NCBI GenBank assembly: GCA_028066245.1
Contig: JALCBR010000001.1
Span: 24,184 to 88,183 of the forward strand
DNA length: 64,000 nt
Direction: 5' to 3'
DNA from: Pirellulales bacterium
GTDB lineage: Bacteria; Planctomycetota; Planctomycetia; Pirellulales; S012-138
Positions 16,195 through 26,247 of this stretch are shown here, piece by piece. The notes under the pieces were generated by a model. The model saw only the letters and a program-made list of their open reading frames with translations, did not search any database and was not told the origin of the DNA. Within the stretch, counting starts at the first letter, position 1. Each line of letters starts with the position of its first letter. A program made the translations under genes and the position numbers.

Positions 16195-17520
16195 TTATGT
16201 TGAGGAGGACTCTGACTTTGAAGGCGACTGCGCATCTGTATCGGAACTTGGTGCGTCTTCGGATTCCGCCTCGCTGCGGAAAACGTTTCCTAGTAACTGC
16301 ATCGCCAGAAAGCCCCCCAGCAGAATCAGCAGCAAAACCGGAACGATCTTGTCGAACCGCTTCCAGCCGATCTGACCCATTGCCACGCCAGCCAGCAGAA
16401 TAACCAGTGCGGTGAACAACACCAGGCAACCTCCGGCAGCCATCAATCCTTTGAAGGTTCCTTCCTCGGAATAGTCGTCATAGTTGAGATCAATCACGCG
16501 GCCACGTTTCAAGCTTCTGCCGATGGACTCGGTCGCGTGCATGGCGTGGCAAACGTCAGCCCAACTGACGGCAGATGGCTGGCCGGCCACAGCCGCTTCA
16601 AAATCTGCGATCGCCGCTTGTTCGATCTGCCCGTCGTCGAAGAATGACCTTTCGTGAGTGGTGCCCTCCACGTTCCAAGTGAGTGTGGCGAGAGCGGACG
16701 ATGGTGAACTTGATGAGAGCTCGTCGCTCTTAGTGCCTGATGCAGAACGTGGCCAGGCACTTAATGTTGCCAAGCCAGCTTCACCGGAAGCTTGGACTCG
16801 CAACAATGAGTGATCGCTGCTGGCGATGAGTTGCGGAGACCATCTCCCGGCAGCGCCCGTTGAGCCAACCAATTGGATTGCCAAGTTCGGCCAATGAGAA
16901 TCTTTGGCCGGGTTGTTGGCTGCGGAGAGCACATCACCTACTGGCAGCACGGTGGTCATCGCATGTAAACGGACGGCATCGCCAATCATCAGCCGGGCGA
17001 GGTCCAAATCCACCGAGAATTGATGAGACAGCGTTTGCCGGCGATCATCGGTCACCTGACGCTCGATGACAATTTGCTTGAGCGAGCCCAGCGGCCCCGC
17101 TCCAAACAGTTGCTGTAACTCGGCGACCGCAGGATCCCACCGATTGACTGTGAACGGAATGAGCTTGCCGCCGGATTCCTCGCAGGCCATATCGAGTTCG
17201 TAATGTGCGATCGTGCTGGGAGCGACGGGATGGCAAACCAACGCCGACAAGCCAGTCTGCACTGCCGAACGAAGGGGCGCTAGATGCGGCGGTTCGTCGT
17301 CGGCTGCGCCATTTCCGGTCGGCACAATCACGGCGTCCATATCTGTGAGAGCCAGCAACTGATCCCACTCACGAAATATCTGCACAGAGGCCAGCTCAGC
17401 AGGCAAAAAATGCGTGGCTCCCGGCTCTTGCCAGCAGGCAACAATTTCATGCCCTCGCGCCAGGGCTGCCTGAGCCAGCCGCGTCACACATTCATCGATT
17501 CCTAGCAGGCCGATTTTCAT
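16195..17520 (-). CDS. hypothetical protein: Rossmann-like (Gfo/Idh/MocA-like, degenerate) N-terminus, two C-terminal TM helices, acidic Ser-rich tail
   Basis: MKIGLLGIDECVTRLAQAALARGHEIVAC resembles a beta-alpha-beta start but lacks GxGxxG. TM helices are LMAAGGCLVLFTALVILLAGVAMG and VPVLLLILLGGFLAMQLL. Confidence 0.5.
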   Translation of the reverse strand: MKIGLLGIDECVTRLAQAALARGHEIVACWQEPGATHFLPAELASVQIFREWDQLLALTDMDAVIVPTGNGAADDEPPHLAPLRSAVQTGLSALVCHPVAPSTIAHYELDMACEESGGKLIPFTVNRWDPAVAELQQLFGAGPLGSLKQIVIERQVTDDRRQTLSHQFSVDLDLARLMIGDAVRLHAMTTVLPVGDVLSAANNPAKDSHWPNLAIQLVGSTGAAGRWSPQLIASSDHSLLRVQASGEAGLATLSAWPRSASGTKSDELSSSSPSSALATLTWNVEGTTHERSFFDDGQIEQAAIADFEAAVAGQPSAVSWADVCHAMHATESIGRSLKRGRVIDLNYDDYSEEGTFKGLMAAGGCLVLFTALVILLAGVAMGQIGWKRFDKIVPVLLLILLGGFLAMQLLGNVFRSEAESEDAPSSDTDAQSPSKSESSST

Positions 17521-17694
17521 CGCGGCTTGACACTATGCCGCGAGAGCGCGGCCGCATGTGGCGAAAGAGCGGTCCCCTGCGCGCGGAACGCATAACACGT
17601 CACAGAGAGGAAACATCGCCGCGAATCCTAACACACCGTCCCTGCAGCAAACAGTCGCTACGGATTGCGTTGGGATGTGCCGTAGTGACCGGTG

Positions 17695-18012
17695 CTAGAA
17701 GATTCCCAACTGATCGCGGGCGTCTTCGGTCATCCGCTCCTGTGTCCAGGGTGGGTCCATCACCAGTTTGACCTCCACGTTGTTGACCTCTTCCAATCGG
17801 CTGAGCACGGTCTTGCAGCTTTGAATCAACTGTGGACCTGCAGGACAAGCCGGGCTGGTGAGCGTCATTTCGATGGTGATGTCCTGTTTGTCGTCCTCAA
17901 CGTCCGACGTCGTCACCACATAGACCAAACCGAGATCGACGATGTTGACGAACAACTCCGGATCGATCACTTGCTTCAGTTCTTCACGAATGCGGTCTTC
18001 CGAGAGGGGCAT
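17695..18012 (-). CDS. sufT: Fe-S cluster assembly protein SufT (DUF59/MIP18 family)
   Basis: VIDPELFVNIVDLGLVY and TLTSPACPAG motifs are present, and the gene lies at the distal end of the suf block. Confidence 0.8.
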   Translation of the reverse strand: MPLSEDRIREELKQVIDPELFVNIVDLGLVYVVTTSDVEDDKQDITIEMTLTSPACPAGPQLIQSCKTVLSRLEEVNNVEVKLVMDPPWTQERMTEDARDQLGIF

Positions 18013-18087
18013 GATGTGCCTCTAGTCAATTATGAGATACGACGCGATGACTGCCATTGCCGAAAACGTGACCGGCGCATTTGCCAG

Positions 18088-18399
18088 CTAAGTTTTGTTC
18101 AACTTAACATACACTTGGCCATCTTCGATTTTGACTTCGTGCGATTGGGTCGGAAACGTGGCCGGCATGGTCAATGCTGCGCCCGTCTTGATGTCAAACC
18201 GGGCTCCATGTCGGGGACAAATGATCTGGCAGCCGTCCAATTCGCCATCCGCCAGCGGGCCGCCATCATGGGTGCAGACGTCATCCAGGGCATAAAACTG
18301 ACCGTCAACGTGGAATAGCGCCACCAATTGCTCTTCCACTTCGACAAGTATTTTCCCAGGATCAGAGACCTCTGACGTTCGGGCGACTGCATGAAACAT
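18088..18399 (-). CDS. Rieske [2Fe-2S] ferredoxin-like protein
   Basis: The Rieske ligand boxes CTHDGGPL and CPRHGARF are present. ATG at 18399 is preferred over TTG at 18417. Confidence 0.8.
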   Translation of the reverse strand: MFHAVARTSEVSDPGKILVEVEEQLVALFHVDGQFYALDDVCTHDGGPLADGELDGCQIICPRHGARFDIKTGAALTMPATFPTQSHEVKIEDGQVYVKLNKT

Positions 18400-18490
18400 G
18401 AAGTTGTTGACCAGCAAAGAGGGCAGAACAGATCAGACGAAGATGCGGAACCACTGCCCAACGCGGAATTGAATGAAGCTCCAGCCAGCC

Positions 18491-19897
18491 CTATTCATAT
18501 TCGCGAATTCGCCTACGAATGGCGTGGCCCAGCGCTTCGCGAACGCTGGGGATTGTAATGCGATCAAAGACCTGCTGGAAAAAGCCGGCGACAATGACTC
18601 GTGTCGCTTCATTGCGAGTCAATCCCCGCGCCTGCAGATAGAAAATCTGCTCATCATCAACGCGCCCCGTGGTGGCGCCGTGTGTGCAAATCACGTCGTC
18701 GGCTTCAATCTCCAGTCCGGGGATGGAATCCGCCCGGGCGTCATCGGAGAGCATCAGATTGTCATTTCTCTGATAGCCGTCGGTCTTGTCCGCACCGGGA
18801 TCGACCTTGATCATCCCACGCCAGACCATGCGCGACTGATCTTGCAGTCCGCCCTTATACAGCAAATCGCTGCGGCAGGATTTTGCTTCGTGATGTTGCA
18901 ATGTGTGATAGTCCAGGTGTTGCCGACCTTCGGCAAACATCACGCCGTTAACTTGAGCGTTAGCGCCGGGGCCAACTAGCGCTACATGTTGGTTAACCTT
19001 GGAGACCTTGCTCCCCAAGGCGCCAACGGTCCACTGCAATCGCGCATCAGCTTCCACCAGCGCTTTGTGGTGGGCAAAATGCCAGACGGTGTTGTCCCAA
19101 TTCTGCAAATTGACGTAACGCAAAAACGCGCCGCGGCCGACGATAATCTCCACGCCGCCGCAATGTAGTCCTCCGGCTTCTTCCCCGCCGGAGAGTTCAG
19201 CCAGCAGCGTCGCTTCCGCACCCTCTTCCAGTACAACCAGCGTGTGGCCAAAGTCCGCGCTGCCTGGCGTAATGCTGGATTGAATGTACAGTGGCTGTTC
19301 GATCCTAACGCCTTGAGGGACGTAGAGAATTGTTCCGCCAGACCAGAATGCAGCATGCAAAGCGGCAAAGCGGTCGTACCGTAGGTCGCCAGCTCGGGTG
19401 AAGAGATACTTTTGCACCAGGTCTGGATGCTGCGTGACGACTTGATCCAGGCTGCCGAAAATCACGCCTTGTTTGGCGTGTTCTTCAATCAATTGGCTGG
19501 AGATGCTGTGGCTGTTGAGCGCGGCGGTTTGACCGGCCAAGGCAAGCCGCGTCTCGGCCGGTGTATCGCCAACACCGGTCAACTGCTCAACCAGTGGAGC
19601 TGTCTGATCCAAAAGATCTTCATCGATCGAGCTTGTGCTGCCGCCGGAAGTTAAGAGTGCCGCAGGGAGCGAATCAACCGCTGGCCGTTCAAGTGCCGGA
19701 GCGTATTTGTCCAACCGCAGCAAACGTATGTCCGTGCGACGCCATTCCTCCATGCCGGAATGAGGTTGAGGTAGTTCGCCAAAGGCGGCAAACGCGGCAC
19801 GGCGCTGTTCAGTCAGCCACGTCGGCTCATCGCGTGAAGCAAGAAAGGCCTCAAAGGTTTCGGGCGTAAAGCCGGTCGCTGTTTCTGTCTGGGGCAT
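18491..19897 (-). CDS. sufD: Fe-S cluster assembly protein SufD
   Basis: Carries the C-terminal SufB/SufD beta-helix region (..LLYKGGLQDQSRMVWRGMIKV..HGATTGRVDDEQIFYLQARGL..) and lies downstream of sufB. ATG at 19897 (the longest ORF starts at TTG 19912). Confidence 0.85.
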   Translation of the reverse strand: MPQTETATGFTPETFEAFLASRDEPTWLTEQRRAAFAAFGELPQPHSGMEEWRRTDIRLLRLDKYAPALERPAVDSLPAALLTSGGSTSSIDEDLLDQTAPLVEQLTGVGDTPAETRLALAGQTAALNSHSISSQLIEEHAKQGVIFGSLDQVVTQHPDLVQKYLFTRAGDLRYDRFAALHAAFWSGGTILYVPQGVRIEQPLYIQSSITPGSADFGHTLVVLEEGAEATLLAELSGGEEAGGLHCGGVEIIVGRGAFLRYVNLQNWDNTVWHFAHHKALVEADARLQWTVGALGSKVSKVNQHVALVGPGANAQVNGVMFAEGRQHLDYHTLQHHEAKSCRSDLLYKGGLQDQSRMVWRGMIKVDPGADKTDGYQRNDNLMLSDDARADSIPGLEIEADDVICTHGATTGRVDDEQIFYLQARGLTRNEATRVIVAGFFQQVFDRITIPSVREALGHAIRRRIREYE

Positions 19898-20003
19898 TTG
19901 AGTGTTTGTCAATCGTTTCCGGCGGAATGCCGGTCATCGCAGAGGCTGGGAAGCCACGGAGTAGGCAGTAATGAAAGGCGGTGGCCAAACGCAGAGGCGT
20001 CCA

Positions 20004-21422
20004 TCAGCCGACGGACCCTTCCATCTGTAATTCAATCAGACGGTTCATCTCGACCGCATACTCCATCGGAAGTTCTTTAACGAGCGGTTCGATAAAGCCA
20101 TTGACGATCATCGTGCTGGCCTCGGCCTCTGACATGCCTCGGCTCATTAGGTAAAAGAGTTGCTCTTCACCGATGCGGGAGACACTCGCTTCATGACCGA
20201 TGGTGACATCCTGCTCGGCGATTTCGATGTACGGATACGTATCGCTGCGACTCTGCGGGTCCAGGATCAACGCATCGCAGACGACATTGGATTTGGACTT
20301 ACGCGCGCCGTCTTCCACCTTCACCAGACCGCGATAGCTACTGCGTCCACCATTCTTGGAAATAGACTTGGAGATAATCTGACTCGTGGTGTTGGGAGCC
20401 GCATGCACGACTTTGGCCCCGGCATCCTGATGCTGGCCGGCAGACGAGAACGCGATCGAGAGGATCTCACCGCGAGCACCCGGTTCCATCATGTACACGG
20501 CCGGGTACTTCATCGTCAGCTTGCTTCCCAAGTTGCCATCGACCCATTCCATCGTAGCGTCTTCATAGGCCACAGCACGCTTGGTGACTAGGTTATAGAT
20601 GTTGTTGGCCCAGTTCTGGATGGTTGTATACCGGCAGCGAGCGTGCTTCTTGACGATGATCTCGACCACCGCCGAATGCAGGCTCTCCGTGGAATACATG
20701 GGGGCGGTGCAGCCTTCCACGTAATGGATCTGGGCGCCTTCATCGACCACGATCAACGTCCGTTCAAACTGGCCCATGTTTTCCGCATTGATGCGGAAAT
20801 ACGCCTGAAGCGGAAACTCAATGCTTACACCAGGTGGAACATAGATGAACGATCCACCGGACCAGACTGCGGAATTGAGCGCGGCGAATTTGTTGTCCGT
20901 GTTGGGAATGACCGTGCTGAAATACTGCCGGACCAAATCCGGATGCTCGCGGACGGCGGTATCTGTATCGGTGAAGATGACCCCCTTTTTCGCCAGGTCT
21001 TCACGGAGTGAACCGTAGACAACTTCACTTTCGTATTGAGCTTTCACGCCGGCCAGAAACTTCTTTTCGGCTTCTGGGATGCCAAGTCGGTCAAACGTTC
21101 GCTTGATGTCTTCCGGGACATCCTCCCAAGATCGGCCCTGCTGATCTGAAGGCTTGATGTAGTAGTAGATATCTTGGAAATCCAGGTCGATGGCACCGCC
21201 CCACTTGGGCATGGCCTTCTGATTGAAGATTTTCAGGCTGCTCAAGCGGTAATCGCGCATCCAGTCCGGCTCTGATTTCATGTCCGAGATCTGATGGACG
21301 ATCTGCTCATCCAAACCTTTGCGCGCCTTGAAGATATACTTCTCTTCATTGCGAAAATCGTACTTGTTGATTTCCGCAGTGCTGACGTCAAAGTTGGAAT
21401 CTGTTTTGGTGTCGGTAATCAT
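20004..21422 (-). CDS. sufB: Fe-S cluster assembly protein SufB
   Basis: Highly conserved SufB sequence is present (..[15 protein letters not shown].., ..[26 protein letters not shown]..). Confidence 0.95.
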   Translation of the reverse strand: MITDTKTDSNFDVSTAEINKYDFRNEEKYIFKARKGLDEQIVHQISDMKSEPDWMRDYRLSSLKIFNQKAMPKWGGAIDLDFQDIYYYIKPSDQQGRSWEDVPEDIKRTFDRLGIPEAEKKFLAGVKAQYESEVVYGSLREDLAKKGVIFTDTDTAVREHPDLVRQYFSTVIPNTDNKFAALNSAVWSGGSFIYVPPGVSIEFPLQAYFRINAENMGQFERTLIVVDEGAQIHYVEGCTAPMYSTESLHSAVVEIIVKKHARCRYTTIQNWANNIYNLVTKRAVAYEDATMEWVDGNLGSKLTMKYPAVYMMEPGARGEILSIAFSSAGQHQDAGAKVVHAAPNTTSQIISKSISKNGGRSSYRGLVKVEDGARKSKSNVVCDALILDPQSRSDTYPYIEIAEQDVTIGHEASVSRIGEEQLFYLMSRGMSEAEASTMIVNGFIEPLVKELPMEYAVEMNRLIELQMEGSVG

Positions 21423-21554
21423 GACGCCCTTCGATCTATGGTTTCGCGCGCTGTTGCGCGATTTGGATTAAGCCCGCGTTGCGCGACCTGTGTTGATTGT
21501 GTGAGCCGTTTCTACTGCTGGAAGAGCCAGCTGTGATGCCACGTTCTGTGAGGG

Positions 21555-22373
21555 TTAACCCGCCGCAGCGGCTTCAACTTTCATTTTGTCATCTTCAGCA
21601 GCGGCTTCCGGGTGTGCGGCTCGAATGCGGTCGTAGCCGTGCTGATGCAGTTCCTGAGCGAGTTCAGGGCCGCCAGTCTCGACAATCCGCCCGCCAAGGA
21701 TGACGTGCGTTTTGTCTGGAATGTTGTGTTCCAGCAGTTTGTCATGGTGGGTGATGATCAAGATGCCCATCTTCTCGCGGCCAATCTCGGCAATGCTTTG
21801 ACTGGCCAGTTTCACAGCATCCACATCGAGTCCGCTATCCGTCTCATCCAGGATCGCGAATTTGGGTTTGAGCATGGCCATCTGCAGGATTTCCGCTCGC
21901 TTCATCTCGCCGCCGGAGAATCCATCATTGACGTAACGCCGGGCGAACTCTGTATCCATCTTGAGTTGCCCCATCTTCTCGCGAAGTTCCTTGCGGAACT
22001 CTCGCATGGGGATCAAGTCTTCTCCTTCTTTGCGATCTGGGCGGCGGATGTTGGTCGCCGCGTGACGGAGAAAATCGGCCATCTTCACACCGGGGATAGC
22101 GACAGGGCGCTGAAACGCCATGAACACACCAGAGCGAGCGCGTTCATCGGCATCCTTCTCCAGAATGTCCTCGCCGTTGAGTTCGACCGAGCCGGAAGTG
22201 ATCTCGTAGCCAGGGTGGCCCATGATCGCCAGCCCCAGCGTGCTCTTGCCGGAACCGTTGGGACCCATCAAGGCGTGCGTTTCTCCGCGCACAATTTCCA
22301 AGTCCACGCCCTTGAGGATGGGCTTGTCCGCCACGTTGACGTGCAAGTTCGTGATTTTGAGCGTGTCAGTCAT
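21555..22373 (-). CDS. sufC: Fe-S cluster assembly ATPase SufC
   Basis: Walker A GPNGSGKST, signature FSGGEMKR and Walker B FAILDETDSGLD are present. ATG at 22373 (MTDTLKITNLHV). Confidence 0.95.
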   Translation of the reverse strand: MTDTLKITNLHVNVADKPILKGVDLEIVRGETHALMGPNGSGKSTLGLAIMGHPGYEITSGSVELNGEDILEKDADERARSGVFMAFQRPVAIPGVKMADFLRHAATNIRRPDRKEGEDLIPMREFRKELREKMGQLKMDTEFARRYVNDGFSGGEMKRAEILQMAMLKPKFAILDETDSGLDVDAVKLASQSIAEIGREKMGILIITHHDKLLEHNIPDKTHVILGGRIVETGGPELAQELHQHGYDRIRAAHPEAAAEDDKMKVEAAAAG

Positions 22374-22474
22374 TTCGCCAGTTCGTGAAATCATCTCGGA
22401 GCGTTCAAAAATACTTGGTGTTCGCCAAGGGTCGATCGAATGTTGAATGTGTTCTTGTTGACGAACGTTTGCTT

Positions 22475-23170
22475 CTACTTGTCAGTGACTTTTTGGTGAG
22501 CAAAGACGGGTTCGCGCTCTTCAACCGCCACGTAGCCTGAGTGGTGTGGTACGGGTAACTCGTCCACGTTTTTGGCTCCCTTGCGGAGGCCGGTTGCAGT
22601 GCCCTTGCGACGGGTGATGCGTTGCCCTTTGATCTTGTCTTGGACTCGCATCAAACCTTCCAGCAGCGCTTCCGGGCGTGGTGGGCATCCGGGCACATAC
22701 ACGTCAACCGGAACTACCAAATCCACACCTTTGCACACGTGGTAACCCCACTTGAAGTACGGTCCACCGCCCACCGTGCAGGCGCCCATGGCAATCACAA
22801 ACTTGGGATCGGGCATTTGGTCATAGAGCCGCTGCACGCGACTGGCCATCTTGTAGGTCACTGTTCCAGCGACGATCATCAAGTCACTTTGACGCGGAGT
22901 TGCGCGAAATGCGCCGGCGCCAAAACGGTCGATGTCGTAACGGCTTGCACCGGCGGCCATCATCTCAATCGCGCAGCACGCCAAGCCGAAGGTCATCGGC
23001 CAAATGCTAGACTGCCGAGCCCAATTAATCGCCTCTTCAATCGTGGTTGTGATGACGTTCTCTTCCAGCCGTCCTTCCACCCACGGTCGCTGAAAGTACG
23101 AATTGGCGCTGCCATCGCCGGGGACCGTTACGGGGCCAGCCGAGGTCATCGCTGTTTGGTGAGCGTCCAT
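22475..23170 (-). CDS. nuoB: NADH:quinone oxidoreductase subunit B (NuoB/Nqo6-type, 20-kDa subunit) homolog, orphan
   Basis: All N2-cluster Cys motifs are present: [23 protein letters not shown] and VPGCPPRPE. No nuoA or nuoC flanks it. ATG at 23170. Confidence 0.85.
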   Translation of the reverse strand: MDAHQTAMTSAGPVTVPGDGSANSYFQRPWVEGRLEENVITTTIEEAINWARQSSIWPMTFGLACCAIEMMAAGASRYDIDRFGAGAFRATPRQSDLMIVAGTVTYKMASRVQRLYDQMPDPKFVIAMGACTVGGGPYFKWGYHVCKGVDLVVPVDVYVPGCPPRPEALLEGLMRVQDKIKGQRITRRKGTATGLRKGAKNVDELPVPHHSGYVAVEEREPVFAHQKVTDK

Positions 23171-23374
23171 GAGTGATATTCCACTTTGATTGCAGGTGTG
23201 ATGTGGCCTGTCGACCCATGGCGGAAACCGCCACAAGGCCGAGAACCTCACATCGTCCGCTGCCGCAACGGGCTCGTCAACCTGCGAAAACCGCTGCCAA
23301 ACTCGTTTCTTGCCTTTCGTGAGACGCGTAGCCGGTTCTCACGGCCAAACGCCAGTTGTATGCCTCAATGTTCA

Positions 23375-24055
23375 TCATCCCGTCGAAAACTCGCAGCAGG
23401 AATGCCCGTCCAGTCGGCACTGGGTTAGTCGCAAGTCATCTTCCAACAGGTCCGCAAAGACCATCTTCTCCATCGCACAGATCCCCCGATCTTGCTCTGC
23501 AAGCTCTGGGTAAGGGCAGTCTTCCACCCGCAAGATGGGTAAGACGCCTCCGACTTCTTGACCAGTCGTTTCATCAATGTCGTTTGAGATACCGGCTTGC
23601 TCAGCATCAACAATTGACAGTGGGATCCTGCGGTCTGCGAAGAGCTCTCTTAAAGACTCCATCCGCTCTTCAACCGAATCCCCATGGATTCGGCCGCGAT
23701 AGCGGTTGGCAAGAGCTTGAGAAAGCCGTTGCAAAAGTCCACGACGGACTTCGGCGTCCTTAATGCTGCGGATCTCTTCCCACAACACCGTCGCAAGATC
23801 GTGGTAGTTGTCGCCGGCGAACCGCTTGGCCTTGGATGTGAGCGAATACGCGTGCGTTGGGCGGCCGCGCCCAGGTGACGTCTGCCGCTGCACATCTCGC
23901 TGCACCAAGCCTTGCGCCATTAGCCGACTCAGTCGTTGTCGCACGGCGGTCGCCGTGACGTGCATCGCTTCGGCCAAGCCCGCAACTGTCAATAAACCAT
24001 GCCGACGAAGGATCGCCAACACGGATTCATCAGTCGTTTCGCTGATGGTAGGCAT
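23375..24055 (-). CDS. sufR: SufR-like winged-helix transcriptional regulator with a C-terminal Cys cluster
   Basis: The N-terminal wHTH is ILRRHGLLTVAGLAEAMHVTATAVRQRLSRLMAQGLV. C-terminal cysteines are ..CPYPELAEQDRGIC..TQCRLDGHSCCEF. The gene heads the suf block. Confidence 0.7.
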   Translation of the reverse strand: MPTISETTDESVLAILRRHGLLTVAGLAEAMHVTATAVRQRLSRLMAQGLVQRDVQRQTSPGRGRPTHAYSLTSKAKRFAGDNYHDLATVLWEEIRSIKDAEVRRGLLQRLSQALANRYRGRIHGDSVEERMESLRELFADRRIPLSIVDAEQAGISNDIDETTGQEVGGVLPILRVEDCPYPELAEQDRGICAMEKMVFADLLEDDLRLTQCRLDGHSCCEFSTG

Positions 24056-24395
24056 GGGAAAGCGCTACGTAAGAAGCCTTAAGCTTAGCTGGTCCTTGTC
24101 GCCTGCAATATCTGCGGCGCGACCCTACCTTTCCTTAGGACCACCGAAAGGCATGTTATCAAATTCGACATTTAAGACAAGACAATATGTGAAAAAATGA
24201 CTGACGTTAACCAATCGCCGTAAAATGTTGACTTCTCAAGATTTGTCAGCTAGAAGGGCAGCTCGATAGCGGTGCCAGCAGGCATTTTTATGACGCAATT
24301 CTGTGTCCTCCGAGTGTTGCAGATCCGCGCGGATTGCGCTTTGCAAACTGACTCACTGGCCCACCCTTTCATCAAAAGTCATCGGAGACCAACGA

Positions 24396-25949
24396 GTGGC
24401 ACGTGAACAATGGGCAACTCGCATCGGAGTGATTCTGGCCGTAGCCGGTTCTGCCGTGGGCTTGGGAAATTTCCTCAGATTTCCAGGCCAGGCGGCTGCC
24501 AACGGTGGCGGTGCGTTCATGATCCCGTACTTCATCTCGTTACTGGTGCTCGGAATCCCGCTTTGCTGGGCGGAATGGACGATGGGGAGGTATGCGGGCA
24601 TTCGGGGTTTCAATTCCGCGCCCGCGGTCTATGCAGCAATCTGGAAAAATCCACTGGCGAAGTATTGCGGCGCATTCGCACTGCTGATTCCGCTCGTGGT
24701 TTACATGTACTATGTCGTGATTGAAGCGTGGTGTTTGGGTTATGCGATTGATTACCTCAATGGCAACCTTATGCAGGTGAAGGATGCGGATGGCTTTTCG
24801 TCGCATTTTAGTGATTTCGTGGGCGCTGGTGAAAATGGTGCATTGCTTACCGGTTCCAGCCCGCTTGTTTGGCTCGTTATCATCACGTTCATTTGCAACT
24901 TCGTCTTAATCTACCGAGGCATCACTAAAGGCATTGAAGCGTTCTGTCGAATCGCGATGCCTTTGATGGCCATCTTGGCGATCTTGGTGCTAGTCCGTGT
25001 GTTGACGCTGGGCACGCCAGACCCTGCCAAGCCAGATCAATCGGTCGCGGGCGGGTTGAATTTCATGTGGAATCCGGACTTTGCCACATTGGCGAAGCCG
25101 GAAACATGGTTGGCGGCGTCCGGGCAGATCTTCTTCAGCTTGTCCGTTGGATTCGGCATTGTCATCAACTATTCCAGCTACCTGCGGAAGAAGGACGATG
25201 TCGCTTTGTCTGGACTAACGTCCAACAGCATGAACGAGTTCTTTGAAGTTTGCTTGGGGGGTCTGATCACGTTGCCTGCCGCATTCATCTTTATGGGTAT
25301 GGCTGCAGGAGAGCAGGGCACATTTGATCTCGGATTCAAGGCGTTGCCAAACGTATTTGCACTTATGCCCGGCGGTCAATTCTTTGGTTTCTTGTGGTTC
25401 TTCATGTTGTTCATCGCCGCGATTACCAGCAGCTTGTCCATGCTCCAACCAGTGATCGCGTTTTTGGAAGAAGGATTTGGCCTCAAACGGCATGCTTCCG
25501 CGGCGCTGCTTGGTTTGATTGCGGCGCTTGGCTGCGGCTTTGTGCTTTATTTCTCCAAAGGACTGGGAGCACTGGATACATTCGATTTCTGGGTTGGCAC
25601 GATGTTAATCTTTGTGTTAGCTCTCATTCAGACCTTGATCTATGGTTGGGTCTTTGGGATCCACAAAGGGCATGCGGAACTTCACACGGGTGCACATATT
25701 AGGGTCCCGTGGTTTGTCCAGTTGATTGTCAAGTATGTGTCACCGATTTACCTGTTGGTTATCTTCATCGGTGTTTGCGCGACGACAGGACCTGGGTACG
25801 TGAAGACCATGACAGAGAACCCTGTCGTCATGGGGTCGGTCGCATTTATCGGAACTGTCTTTGCCTTCCTACTGTTGATGATTCACATCGCAGGTCGTCG
25901 CTGGGATGCTCAAGGTAAGTTCGAGAACATTCAAGAACTACACGACTGA
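24396..25949 (+). CDS. neurotransmitter:sodium symporter (NSS/SNF) family transporter
   Basis: The NSS signature [27 protein letters not shown] is present, with many TM helices. A GTG at 24396 lies 7 nt after GGAGA. The longest ORF begins at 24303. Confidence 0.85.
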   Translation: MAREQWATRIGVILAVAGSAVGLGNFLRFPGQAAANGGGAFMIPYFISLLVLGIPLCWAEWTMGRYAGIRGFNSAPAVYAAIWKNPLAKYCGAFALLIPLVVYMYYVVIEAWCLGYAIDYLNGNLMQVKDADGFSSHFSDFVGAGENGALLTGSSPLVWLVIITFICNFVLIYRGITKGIEAFCRIAMPLMAILAILVLVRVLTLGTPDPAKPDQSVAGGLNFMWNPDFATLAKPETWLAASGQIFFSLSVGFGIVINYSSYLRKKDDVALSGLTSNSMNEFFEVCLGGLITLPAAFIFMGMAAGEQGTFDLGFKALPNVFALMPGGQFFGFLWFFMLFIAAITSSLSMLQPVIAFLEEGFGLKRHASAALLGLIAALGCGFVLYFSKGLGALDTFDFWVGTMLIFVLALIQTLIYGWVFGIHKGHAELHTGAHIRVPWFVQLIVKYVSPIYLLVIFIGVCATTGPGYVKTMTENPVVMGSVAFIGTVFAFLLLMIHIAGRRWDAQGKFENIQELHD

Positions 25950-25960
25950 GGAGATGGTCC

Positions 25961-26122
25961 ATGACAATTGAAGCGATCTTGATCATGGGGATTTCCGTCG
26001 GAGCGGTTGTCTCGCTTGTAAGCTTTTGCCTTTACCGTGTGCTTACGTTACCGCCGGTGGAAGAAGAAACGCTGAAAGGTCCCCTGGAAATCGACACGCG
26101 CGACACGCAAGACGCGGACTAA
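25961..26122 (+). CDS. 53-aa single-TM micro-protein, candidate MetS-like NSS transporter small subunit
   Basis: This ORF is below the length cutoff of the ORF track. ATG at 25961 is preceded by GAGGAG, 11 nt after the NSS stop. Translation is MTIEAILIMGISVGAVVSLVSFCLYRVLTLPPVEEETLKGPLEIDTRDTQDAD. Confidence 0.55.
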   Translation: MTIEAILIMGISVGAVVSLVSFCLYRVLTLPPVEEETLKGPLEIDTRDTQDAD

Positions 26123-26247
26123 GAAGTGTTCATTGAATACTTGCCTCCTCTGTGGGCGTCAATGAGAATGTCGCGTGAACCAGAGGCCTTCATCCAGTCC
26201 TCAAACGCACATCGTTGTTTCTTCATCCAGAATAGCGCGGACTACCC

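Noticed and set aside
21612-22388. A 258-aa plus-strand ORF.
   Set aside because: It is antisense to the unambiguous sufC gene. It has off-frame composition (Arg/His-rich) and no motifs.
23171-23374. A possible nuoA upstream of the orphan nuoB.
   Set aside because: The 200-bp gap cannot hold a 120-aa three-TM protein, and no hydrophobic ORF is present there.
26123-26247. A possible glycine or other amino-acid riboswitch upstream of the AGCS symporter.
   Set aside because: I found none of the conserved glycine-riboswitch core elements by eye in this 125-nt leader. It would need an Infernal scan to exclude formally.
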